DNA of 38,735 nucleotides from Dehalococcoidales bacterium (GTDB taxonomy: Bacteria; Chloroflexota; Dehalococcoidia; Dehalococcoidales; UBA1222): contig JAEEOC010000069.1 of assembly GCA_016284035.1 (NCBI GenBank), positions 1 through 38,735 on the forward strand. Direction: 5' to 3'. Below, in pieces: positions 9,884 to 17,843 of this stretch (its first letter is position 1; every line of letters begins with the position of its first letter). Made by a program: the position numbers and the translations under genes. The notes beneath the pieces are model-generated. The model worked only from the letters and a program-made list of their open reading frames with translations. It did no database searches and was not told the origin of the DNA.

Positions 9884-10288
9884 CTATGCAGGCAGTTTAT
9901 AAGCAGTACCTGTGAAGAGGGCAATCTCTTTGCCGATATCGTCGGTTATCATAACCTGATACACGCCTGTGGTCTTACCGTCACGCATGCATTTGCTTTT
10001 AGCAAAGAGTTTTGTTCCTTTACTCGTTGTAAGGTAATTGATGTTTACATTGATGGCAACTGACGGACAGTGGTTGTTGTTGCAAGCTACGGCAAAAGCG
10101 AAATCACCGAGGGTGAAGATGGCCCCTCCCATTACTCCTCCGAGACCGTTCCTGTGGATATCTTTGATTTCCATGCTTGCAACAACTTCATCATCATTGA
10201 AGCTTTCCAGTTCGATGCCTGAGATTGCGGCATATTGATCTTTTGCAAAAAAAACGCGAGCTTCTTCAATCGAAGTAAAATGTCCCAT
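9884..10288 (-). CDS. PaaI-family hotdog-fold thioesterase
   Basis: 134 aa with HRNGLGGVMGGAIFTLGDFAFAVA, typical of PaaI/YdiI-type thioesterases. AAGGAG RBS overlaps the stop of the upstream GNAT gene. Confidence 0.75.
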   Translation of the reverse strand: MGHFTSIEEARVFFAKDQYAAISGIELESFNDDEVVASMEIKDIHRNGLGGVMGGAIFTLGDFAFAVACNNNHCPSVAINVNINYLTTSKGTKLFAKSKCMRDGKTTGVYQVMITDDIGKEIALFTGTAYKLPA

Positions 10289-10298
10289 TAAATGCTCC

Positions 10299-10733
10299 TT
10301 AAAGAATGTTCTTTTCCATTCTGATACAGTTGAAAGTTCCGTAGTTTATGATCTTGTCATCTGTTTTAACATAGCCCAATTTCTCGTAAAACTCTACTTT
10401 GTTATCTCTGCTCTCGATAACTGAGATCTTAAAACCCAGTTCTTTAGCCCATTTTTCTGTTTCTGCCACTACAAGCGAACCGAGTCCTTGATGTCGGAAT
10501 TCAGGCAGCACGACAACTCTGCCTATCATGACTCTCTCTGAATCTATCGGATAGAGGCGGGAAGTAGCAACAGGGAAATCATCATCTAAGACAACGATGT
10601 ATTTTGTGTCAGGTCCGTCGTGTTCATCGAATTCAGCACGTAAAGAGATATGGTGCTTCTTCGCCATTGCTTGGATTCTGACGTAATAAGCGCCGGCCTG
10701 CTGATATGTTTCTGTTGCTCTGATGATCTCCAT
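10299..10733 (-). CDS. GNAT family N-acetyltransferase
   Basis: Acetyl-CoA binding block RVVVLPEFRHQGLGSLVV. The start is set at ATG 10733 (MEIIRATE...); the track GTG at 10772 adds 13 aa with no support. Confidence 0.75.
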   Translation of the reverse strand: MEIIRATETYQQAGAYYVRIQAMAKKHHISLRAEFDEHDGPDTKYIVVLDDDFPVATSRLYPIDSERVMIGRVVVLPEFRHQGLGSLVVAETEKWAKELGFKISVIESRDNKVEFYEKLGYVKTDDKIINYGTFNCIRMEKNIL

Positions 10734-10804
10734 GTCATTATATGTCCGAGAAATTTTGACGATTATAAACACTCGTTATGCTAAAATTCAAGCAGGATTA
10801 AGAC

Positions 10805-12226
10805 ATGATCATCAAGAAGACTTACGTTACAACAATGCCTGATAAGGCGGGAGCATTCCTCCTGGCAAGCCGCATCATTTCTGAGCAAAACGGCAATATC
10901 GTCCGCGTTAACTACAACAAATCCGTCGATATGCACACTTTGTTCATTGAAGTTGCAGCAACACAGGAACAGCATAAGGTAATCGATGAGAAACTATCTG
11001 AATGCGGTTACCTTACTGCTACTAACGAGCATATGAAATATCTCATGATCGTTCTGACACTGGATGATGTTCCTGGAGCAGTGACGCCTGTTCTTGAGAT
11101 TATCAGCCGATATAACGTTAATATTTCCTACATAAATTCTCAGGAGAACGGGACTCCCCAGCAGTATTTTAAGATGGGGCTCCTTATCGAAGATCCTTCT
11201 GAGATAAAGCATCTTATTGAAGACATCTCTAAGATTTGTGAGATAAAAGTACAGGATTACGAAGGTTCCAATGAACAACTGGACGTTACCATCTTCTATG
11301 TTACTTTTGCTAACCAGATGCGCGAGATTCTTGATCTGAGTCAGAGGAGAACTAACAGAGTACTTATTGAAGCTAATAAACTCATGCAGATTTTAGATGC
11401 CCAGGATAAATCTCCTTATACAACATTCGACTACATACGCAAATTTGCTAAATATGTCCGAGAGAAGAAGGGGGAAAACTTCGACCCTAATATCAATGAG
11501 ATCGATCTTCCTAAGGACATAAAAATGTACTGTATCGAACCTCCTTGCGGAAGCGATACTTATATCCTGGTTCATGATGACGAATTACTGTTCATCGATA
11601 CCGGTTTCCAGTGTTATCTGAACGAGATGATCAATATCTTTAATGGATTGTTTGATGATTTTGCATCTATGAAAAAAATAGCATTCCTCACCCATGCTGA
11701 TATCGATCATCTCGGTCTATTAGATATGATGGATAAGACTTACATGTCGAAAAACTGTTATGACAATTTTGTCCTGCAGCATGAGGGTAAACCAGATTTC
11801 CGCGAGCAGAATAATCTCCATGCCCCTTATTGTTATCTGAGCAAGATCATTTCATCTTATTCAATTCCTTCGTTAAATTCGTTCAGCGTGGTGGGGGAGA
11901 AGACCGATGATTCATTGTTTACATACATCGGGACTGTCGAATCTGCTGGATTAGTCTTTAATTTCATTGAAGGTCCGGGCGGTCATGTAAAAGGTGAAAC
12001 TATCATTGTGTGTGAAGAGCTTGGAATCGTATTCACAGGTGACATATTTATCAATATCAAAGGTCAGTCTGCAGAACAGAAGGAATTCAATTCTTTGGCA
12101 CCTTTCTTAATGACAGGTGTGGATTCTGATCCTGCACTCTGTAAACAGGCAAGGGAAGCTATCCTCAAGAAATATGACAAGTATCTTATTTGTCCGGGTC
12201 ATGGACCTGTTATGAGGATTTCTTAA
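10805..12226 (+). CDS. fusion protein: two N-terminal ACT-like domains, a helical linker and a C-terminal metallo-beta-lactamase-fold domain
   Basis: 473 aa with two beta-alpha-beta-beta-alpha-beta-like modules (VTTMPDKAGAFLLASRIISEQNGNIVRVNY; IVLTLDDVPGAVTPVLEIISRYNVNISYINS). MBL core: LLFIDTG ... FLTHADIDHLG ... PGGHVKGE ... CPGHGP. Confidence 0.7.
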   Translation: MIIKKTYVTTMPDKAGAFLLASRIISEQNGNIVRVNYNKSVDMHTLFIEVAATQEQHKVIDEKLSECGYLTATNEHMKYLMIVLTLDDVPGAVTPVLEIISRYNVNISYINSQENGTPQQYFKMGLLIEDPSEIKHLIEDISKICEIKVQDYEGSNEQLDVTIFYVTFANQMREILDLSQRRTNRVLIEANKLMQILDAQDKSPYTTFDYIRKFAKYVREKKGENFDPNINEIDLPKDIKMYCIEPPCGSDTYILVHDDELLFIDTGFQCYLNEMINIFNGLFDDFASMKKIAFLTHADIDHLGLLDMMDKTYMSKNCYDNFVLQHEGKPDFREQNNLHAPYCYLSKIISSYSIPSLNSFSVVGEKTDDSLFTYIGTVESAGLVFNFIEGPGGHVKGETIIVCEELGIVFTGDIFINIKGQSAEQKEFNSLAPFLMTGVDSDPALCKQAREAILKKYDKYLICPGHGPVMRIS

Positions 12227-12248
12227 TCTCAATTTTCTTCAAATAATA

Positions 12249-12277
12249 TTGACAATGATAGTCTGTGCCTATAGACT
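12249..12277 (+). promoter_or_regulatory. candidate promoter of the surface-protein trio
   Basis: TTGACA (12249-12254), 17-nt spacer, TAGACT (12272-12277). The spacer and -10 region contains a short inverted repeat, TAGTCT-N8-AGACTA. Confidence 0.3.
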
Positions 12278-12359
12278 AGGGAAAATATCATCTCTTAAAT
12301 AAGAAAATAGAAAATAATATCTAAAACCAAATTTGTTCTACTTTGGCGTAGGAAAGCGT

Positions 12360-12881
12360 ATGAATAGGGGCATGAGTACGCGAAAACTTGTTGTTTTAGT
12401 CTTAGAATCATTAGCAGTTATCGCTGCTTGTGCTGTTCTTGTTGTTATCAATTTCGATAAGATAGCTTCGTATTTCAACAAAGTAGATTCATCTGCTTCA
12501 TCTGGTCTTGTTCTTCAATTAGATCCTAATCAAACTTCTCAAAAGACTGTAAGTATCGATAAACCGGTTGCCATACCTGGTTGGGAGTATATTAACGTTT
12601 CCGAAGGATCAGACTATGCAGATGTCGATCTATTTAATCCGATTAAGAATAAAGATAGTTACAATATGTCATTTAGTATCTATCTCATTTCATCTTCTGG
12701 TCGTGAACTTATATATCAATCAAAACTTATATCTCCTGGAAATCATATATACGGAATCAGATTAAACACTATTTTATCTAAAGGCATTTATGACGCCATT
12801 ATCCATATCCAGCCATATAAGATCTCAGATAACTCACCAACAAATAATTCCGATATAAATATCAAGCTAAATGTCGTTTAA
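12360..12881 (+). CDS. hypothetical membrane-anchored extracytoplasmic protein
   Basis: The ATG at 12360 has AGGAAAG upstream. One N-terminal TM helix (LVVLVLESLAVIAACAVLVVI), then a ~130-aa beta-rich domain. No family recognised. Confidence 0.55.
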   Translation: MNRGMSTRKLVVLVLESLAVIAACAVLVVINFDKIASYFNKVDSSASSGLVLQLDPNQTSQKTVSIDKPVAIPGWEYINVSEGSDYADVDLFNPIKNKDSYNMSFSIYLISSSGRELIYQSKLISPGNHIYGIRLNTILSKGIYDAIIHIQPYKISDNSPTNNSDINIKLNVV

Positions 12882-12895
12882 AGGAGGGGAACGAT

Positions 12896-13396
12896 ATGAA
12901 AAAGACAATATCTATATTTTTTGCCACATTGATGTTAAGTCTCGTCTGTATCCCAGTCTATGCTGATCAGACATTTACTACTACCGGAAGTAAGAATATT
13001 ACTTTAGAGTATAGTGTTTCACCTAGTTATATCGTTACTATACCTAGTACCATTGATTTCTCTGACGGTTCTGCAAGTATTGTTATTGCAGTAGACAGCC
13101 TTTCAATAGGAGAAGGACAGACACTAAGAGTTTCGATGTCTGGAAGCAATTATTCTAATAATAAGTGGAACCTGCAGGATACTGCTTCTGCCACTAATCT
13201 GTTAAGCTATAGCGTCAAATTAAGTGGTAATGATACCGATCTTACAAACACTCCGTCCATCAATGCATTGAGCGTCAATATCGGTACTGATCCCGAGGAC
13301 AGAACTAAGACATTTAATCTTGCTATCACAGGTGCGGATCCAATACCAGGCACATATCAGGATATCCTGACATTTTCATGTTCTATCACACCTTAG
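12896..13396 (+). CDS. hypothetical secreted beta-sandwich-like protein (pilin/adhesin-like C-terminal strand)
   Basis: AAGGAGGGG RBS and a cleavable signal peptide (…CIPVYA/DQT). Ser/Thr-rich beta pattern. The C-terminal PGTYQDILTFSCSITP resembles the terminal strand motif of fimbrial/WxL-type surface proteins; this is a resemblance only. Confidence 0.55.
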   Translation: MKKTISIFFATLMLSLVCIPVYADQTFTTTGSKNITLEYSVSPSYIVTIPSTIDFSDGSASIVIAVDSLSIGEGQTLRVSMSGSNYSNNKWNLQDTASATNLLSYSVKLSGNDTDLTNTPSINALSVNIGTDPEDRTKTFNLAITGADPIPGTYQDILTFSCSITP

Positions 13397-13405
13397 GTTT
13401 CACCT

Positions 13406-14338
13406 ATGAAAAAAATATATTTGATAATTGCGGTAGGCTTTGTTTTATTGCTAGTTATCACATCCTCATGTTCGGATGTGACAACTAAAGTCGTTACATT
13501 AACTCAACCGCCTGAAATTGTTACTGTCACGTCAAATTCTTACTGTACAGTTACGAATGATCATTATTCCAACATAACCAGTACAATTGAAAGGACTGTG
13601 ACAAAATCTCTCAAGGAAGTCATGACTATTACAGTCACAGATGATCGAGTGATTACAACGACCGTTTTAAAACCAACGACGATAATCACCACTACGACAA
13701 TTACCGATTCACAGACTCTAACACGGATAGATACTCAAGTTACCACTCGCTTTTCGACCTATACTCAGATCAATAATGTCACTTCGACCATAACTATAAC
13801 TCAACAAAGTGCAGACAATTCCAAACTCTTTTTCAGTGAATACTATGAAAACAATGCTTTTGTAGGCTATTCGGTCAGAGCTGCAAATGAAAACATATCA
13901 GGAGTGGTATTTATCCCTGATACTTATCAAGGTTTTCCTGTGGTAGCAATCGAAGACAGCGGATTTGAAGATTGCATTCTAATCACTGAGGTTTATATAG
14001 GGAATAATGTGAAGTCGATAGGTGATTCAGCATTTTTTAATGATATCTTCATAACTGATGTCCATTTTGGTAGTTCAGTTAAAGATATAAGCAGACAAGC
14101 ATTTGGATCCTGCAGAGCTATTTCTTCTTTGACACTTCCTATTTCTTTAAAAACAATCGGAAACTATGCATTTGCTCGTAATCAGACTTTTACTTCAATA
14201 TTGATTCCTGAGAACGTTATATCAATTGGTGATGGTGCATTTGAAGAATGCACAGCTCTCGTTTCTGTAAATGTTCCTTCTAGTCTTATAGTTCCCTTAA
14301 GTACATTCTCAAGTGGAGTAACTGTTACGACATACTGA
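13406..14338 (+). CDS. putative lipoprotein with a Thr/Ile/Val-rich stalk and BspA-type (LRR_5) leucine-rich repeats
   Basis: Signal peptide ending ITSSC (lipobox-like). A ~110-aa T/I/V-rich low-complexity region, then repeats of the type IGDSAF..C..L..V.IP.SVK.IG..AF characteristic of BspA-like LRR proteins. Confidence 0.75.
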   Translation: MKKIYLIIAVGFVLLLVITSSCSDVTTKVVTLTQPPEIVTVTSNSYCTVTNDHYSNITSTIERTVTKSLKEVMTITVTDDRVITTTVLKPTTIITTTTITDSQTLTRIDTQVTTRFSTYTQINNVTSTITITQQSADNSKLFFSEYYENNAFVGYSVRAANENISGVVFIPDTYQGFPVVAIEDSGFEDCILITEVYIGNNVKSIGDSAFFNDIFITDVHFGSSVKDISRQAFGSCRAISSLTLPISLKTIGNYAFARNQTFTSILIPENVISIGDGAFEECTALVSVNVPSSLIVPLSTFSSGVTVTTY

Positions 14339-14360
14339 AAATGAATAATTAACGGCAGAT

Positions 14361-14369
14361 TGCTACAAT
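14361..14369 (+). promoter_or_regulatory. extended -10 promoter (TGcTACAAT) 6 nt upstream of the ATG at 14376
   Basis: TGCTACAAT at 14361-14369. There is no SD before the ATG, and the spacing predicts a transcription start at or next to the start codon. Confidence 0.4.
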
Positions 14370-14375
14370 AATCAC

Positions 14376-15536
14376 ATGGCTAACTTGTTTGATTATCTGG
14401 ATTGGCGTGGCGATCTGCCGTTTAGTGTCGCTCCTTTCAATGTTGTTGACAGTCTGATACTCTCCCAGTTTGGATACATGCCATTTGAAGGCATAGATAA
14501 AGAATTCAACGGCGCTAAAACGTATACGGTTAAAGAACTTGCAAGTAAACTTCATGATGCAGCTCTGGGATATTATTCAAACAGTCCGATGGATGATGAC
14601 AAACACCTTCTTGAACTGCTTCCTAAATCGAAGCGATTCTCTGAAATGATAGTTACAGAATATGAGAACATTATCAGTACTATAGATGGTATTCAGTTCT
14701 CTGCTGTAGTTTTCCTTTCTGAAGACGGCTATATCAATATCGTTTATCGCGGTACAGATGGCACAATCGTTGGCTGGGAAGAGGATTTCAAACTATCTTA
14801 TTCGACTGCGATCCCTTCACAGACAGAAGCACTTAAATACCTCAAGAAGATCGCAAAGAACCATAAAGGTAAAATGCGTCTGATCGGGCATTCAAAAGGC
14901 GGCAATCTTGCAGTTTATGCTGGAGCTCATGCACCAAAGTATCTAAAGAAAAGAATTGAGATCATCTATTGCAATGAAGGGCCAGGTTTTTCTAAGCAGG
15001 AGATGACATATCCAGGACACAAAGAAATCAAAGACAAAGTTGAGTTTTATGTGCCCAGCTCTTCTGTAGTAGGAATGTTGCTTCTTCATAATGCCAGATA
15101 CAAAGTTATCAAGAGCTCCAGTTTTTCGTTAGCACAGCATGTAACTTATACATGGCAGGTGACTAAAGATGGTTATGTGCCGGCCAAGCTAAGTAAGGTC
15201 AGTCAGCTTTTACAAAAGACCTTGAATGATTGGTACAGAAATCTCGATGAAGATGACCTCAAGATCTATGTATCGACTATTTTTAAGGTCATTTATTCAT
15301 CTAAAGCTCAAACTTTGCAAGACTTTACAAAGAAGGGTCTGACTAAGACAGTCGATATGATAAATGCCATGACTCATTTGGATAAAGATACTAAAGCAGT
15401 TGTAATCCAGGTCTTCAAAGATCTGTTCAAAGCCGGTCTAAATACTATCAAAGAAGATAATTTCATATATAAATTGGCTACTAAAAATAAAAAGAATGGA
15501 AATAAAATCACGAAAGCATTACCTAGCCCTCGTTGA
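14376..15536 (+). CDS. DUF2974 / Mbeg1-like alpha/beta-hydrolase (lipase class 3-like) protein
   Basis: The N-terminus MANLFDYLDWRGDLPFSVAPFNVVDSLILSQFGY is characteristic of the Mbeg1-like family. Nucleophile elbow GHSKGG. Confidence 0.8.
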   Translation: MANLFDYLDWRGDLPFSVAPFNVVDSLILSQFGYMPFEGIDKEFNGAKTYTVKELASKLHDAALGYYSNSPMDDDKHLLELLPKSKRFSEMIVTEYENIISTIDGIQFSAVVFLSEDGYINIVYRGTDGTIVGWEEDFKLSYSTAIPSQTEALKYLKKIAKNHKGKMRLIGHSKGGNLAVYAGAHAPKYLKKRIEIIYCNEGPGFSKQEMTYPGHKEIKDKVEFYVPSSSVVGMLLLHNARYKVIKSSSFSLAQHVTYTWQVTKDGYVPAKLSKVSQLLQKTLNDWYRNLDEDDLKIYVSTIFKVIYSSKAQTLQDFTKKGLTKTVDMINAMTHLDKDTKAVVIQVFKDLFKAGLNTIKEDNFIYKLATKNKKNGNKITKALPSPR

Positions 15537-16122
15537 CGGTCATATCGTCAAGGGATTTGATAATAAGGAGTTTTTCGATAAAGAACTCTTTTACCTAACT
15601 GCATGCAAAGAATCCGGAATCGCTGTTCCTGAGATTCTCAAGACCTATGATATGACCATTGAAATGGAATACATCAAGGGAATCCTTTATACAGATCTGT
15701 TTGATTCGGGAACAGAAGAGCAGATCCAATCACTTTGCGACTGGATATACAGATTTCATAAGAGATTCAATGTCCCTAGATGTGATATGAACTTACGCAA
15801 TTTTATTTGGAATGGCACTGAATGTGTGGGGATCGATTTCGCAGATCCATTGGATTATTCCGACATCGAACATGACATTGGAACAGTGCTGTGCTTCATC
15901 ATGTCCAAAAACGAAGGCGTATCTGACAGAAGATTGGAACTAGCACGTTATTTCTTTGATTGGTTCTTAAATAAAGATTACGAAGAGAAGCTTATCCGTA
16001 ACGGTTATATGGACGAAATCGAAAGGATCAAAGTCCGCAGAAAAAAATTTTGGAATGACGAATTCACATTGGCCGATAAGGTCGAGGCAATGTGGAACAT
16101 CTTGGCAATAAAAAAGGCATGA
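15496..16122 (+). CDS. minimal protein-kinase-like fold protein (Bud32/RIO/Kdo-kinase-like)
   Basis: 208 aa with a hinge-like block MEYIKG, catalytic-loop-like CDMNLRN (D-x4-N) and a DFG-like IDFAD. It overlaps the preceding gene by 41 nt in another frame, has no clear SD, and no alternative in-frame ATG until residue 53. Confidence 0.5.
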   Translation: MEIKSRKHYLALVDGHIVKGFDNKEFFDKELFYLTACKESGIAVPEILKTYDMTIEMEYIKGILYTDLFDSGTEEQIQSLCDWIYRFHKRFNVPRCDMNLRNFIWNGTECVGIDFADPLDYSDIEHDIGTVLCFIMSKNEGVSDRRLELARYFFDWFLNKDYEEKLIRNGYMDEIERIKVRRKKFWNDEFTLADKVEAMWNILAIKKA

Positions 16123-16146
16123 CCGCAACAATTTCAGTCATGCCTT
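16107..16146 (-). terminator. terminator of the pan operon (possibly bidirectional)
   Basis: 10-bp stem aaggcatgac (16114-16123) / gtcatgcctt (16137-16146). On the minus strand it is followed by TTTTATT. It overlaps the stop codon of the plus-strand kinase-like gene. Confidence 0.6.
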
Positions 16147-16165
16147 AATAATTAATTTATCGTAT

Positions 16166-17005
16166 TTATTTCAAGATCGTATTGTCGATAAGCCTTGTGG
16201 CGCCGATGCGCACTGCCATGGAAACAAGAGTAGGGGCTTCGATAGTTTTTATTTCTTCAAGATCATCCCAGTGATTGATTGCAACATAATCGACAGAGGC
16301 AAGAGGTTCTGTTTCCAGATTCTTGATCATCTTGGCTTTTAATACATCAGCATCTTTTTCGCCCTTGGCCCATTCAGATTCAGCGAGTTTGATAGTCTTG
16401 CTTAAAATTAGTGCAGCTTTCTTTTCATCGGCACTCAGATAAGTATTTCGGCTGCTTCTGGCAAGACCTGAGTCTTCTCTGACGATCGGCATTACAACGA
16501 TATTTACGTGAATGTTAAGGTCTCTAACCATCTTCTTGATGACTGCGACCTGCTGAGCATCTTTCTGTCCAAAATATGCATTATCAGCACGAGTAAGGTT
16601 GAATAGTTTATTAACAACAGTGGTAACGCCTTTAAAATGAGTAGGTCGGCAGGCCCCTTCTAGTTTCTGGGTCACATCAAATACTTCGACCCAAGAGTTA
16701 TACCCTTCGGGATACATGTCAGAGGCTTTTGGAATGAAAACGGCAGTTGCATGATGTTCCTCAAGAAGTGCAACATCTTCCTTTTCGGTCCTGGGATAAG
16801 AATCAAAATCCTCTCCGGCTCCAAACTGAGTGGGGTTGACGAAGGTACTTACGATTACGTAATCGTTATCTTTAACTGCCTGATCAACTAGAGACATATG
16901 ACCGAGATGAAGAGCACCCATGGTAGGTACCAAACCTACCTTTCCTTTAAGAGTGTCGCGGTATTCAACGAGTTCCTTGACTGACCTTATAATCTTGATG
17001 TTCAT
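16166..17005 (-). CDS. panC: pantoate--beta-alanine ligase
   Basis: VPTMGALHLGHMSLV HIGH-type motif, FVNPTQF, YFGQKDAQQ. Confidence 0.95.
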   Translation of the reverse strand: MNIKIIRSVKELVEYRDTLKGKVGLVPTMGALHLGHMSLVDQAVKDNDYVIVSTFVNPTQFGAGEDFDSYPRTEKEDVALLEEHHATAVFIPKASDMYPEGYNSWVEVFDVTQKLEGACRPTHFKGVTTVVNKLFNLTRADNAYFGQKDAQQVAVIKKMVRDLNIHVNIVVMPIVREDSGLARSSRNTYLSADEKKAALILSKTIKLAESEWAKGEKDADVLKAKMIKNLETEPLASVDYVAINHWDDLEEIKTIEAPTLVSMAVRIGATRLIDNTILK

Positions 17006-17012
17006 TTAATTC

Positions 17013-17843
17013 TTATCCTTTCTTGATCTCATTTAGAGTTTCATCTTTCAAATGAGGGCAGGTAGATTCATCAGGAAATCCTTTGTTCTCGACAGCATCT
17101 ATATATTCTTTCAATCCAGCTAAACCAGCACTATACAGATCTGCCATCTTCTTGGAATGTTTGGGAACAAATCCGGCTGTCATACCTAGCAAATCAGTTA
17201 TTACCTGGACCTGTCCGTCACACTTGTTACCGGCACCGATGCCGATAGTGGGGATATATAGTTCTTTAGAGATTATCTCGGCTAGCTCTTCAGGAACGAC
17301 TTCAAGAACGACAGAAAAAGCACCGGCTTCCTGTAAAGCACGTGCATCTTCAATGAGTTTCTTAGCTTGTGCCACAGTTTTGCCTTGAGCTTTGAATCCT
17401 CCGAATTTGTATACTGATTGGGGTGTCATACCGATATGTCCCATGACGGGGATACCGAGTTCAACAAGTCTTTTAACAGTATCTGCTATTTCTTTGCCGC
17501 CTTCGAGTTTAACGGCATGGGCACCGGCTTCCTGCATAAGGCGTCCGGCATTCTTAATTGCATCTTTAGTACTAACCTGATAACTCATAAAAGGCATATC
17601 ACAAATGAGCATGGCATTTGTAAGACCCCGTGATACGGCTTTGCAGTGCATGATCATGTCTTCCATGGTCACGGGGATCGTATTGTCGTATCCTAGCATC
17701 ACCATTCCTAAGCTATCGCCGACTAGTACGGCGTCGATACCAGCATCATCTGCCATCTTGGCCATAGGGTAGTTATAAGCCGTGACGATGGTGATCTTTC
17801 TGTTCTCTTTTTTCTTCTTAAGAAAATCATTTACGTTCATCAT
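17013..17843 (-). CDS. panB: 3-methyl-2-oxobutanoate hydroxymethyltransferase
   Basis: VGDSLGMVMLGY, KLEGG, MGHIGMTPQS and GIGAG motifs. Confidence 0.95.
   Translation of the reverse strand: MMNVNDFLKKKKENRKITIVTAYNYPMAKMADDAGIDAVLVGDSLGMVMLGYDNTIPVTMEDMIMHCKAVSRGLTNAMLICDMPFMSYQVSTKDAIKNAGRLMQEAGAHAVKLEGGKEIADTVKRLVELGIPVMGHIGMTPQSVYKFGGFKAQGKTVAQAKKLIEDARALQEAGAFSVVLEVVPEELAEIISKELYIPTIGIGAGNKCDGQVQVITDLLGMTAGFVPKHSKKMADLYSAGLAGLKEYIDAVENKGFPDESTCPHLKDETLNEIKKG

Noticed and set aside
10734-10750. Leaderless arrangement for the GNAT gene (minus-strand TATAAT just upstream of the ATG at 10733)
   Set aside because: Only 3 nt separate the TATAAT from the ATG. That is too short for initiation at the start codon, so it is probably a coincidental AT-rich hexamer.
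10781-10975. 64-aa minus-strand ORF overlapping the start of the ACT-MBL gene
   Set aside because: It is antisense to a well-supported 473-aa gene, and it is Cys/Asn-rich with no RBS.
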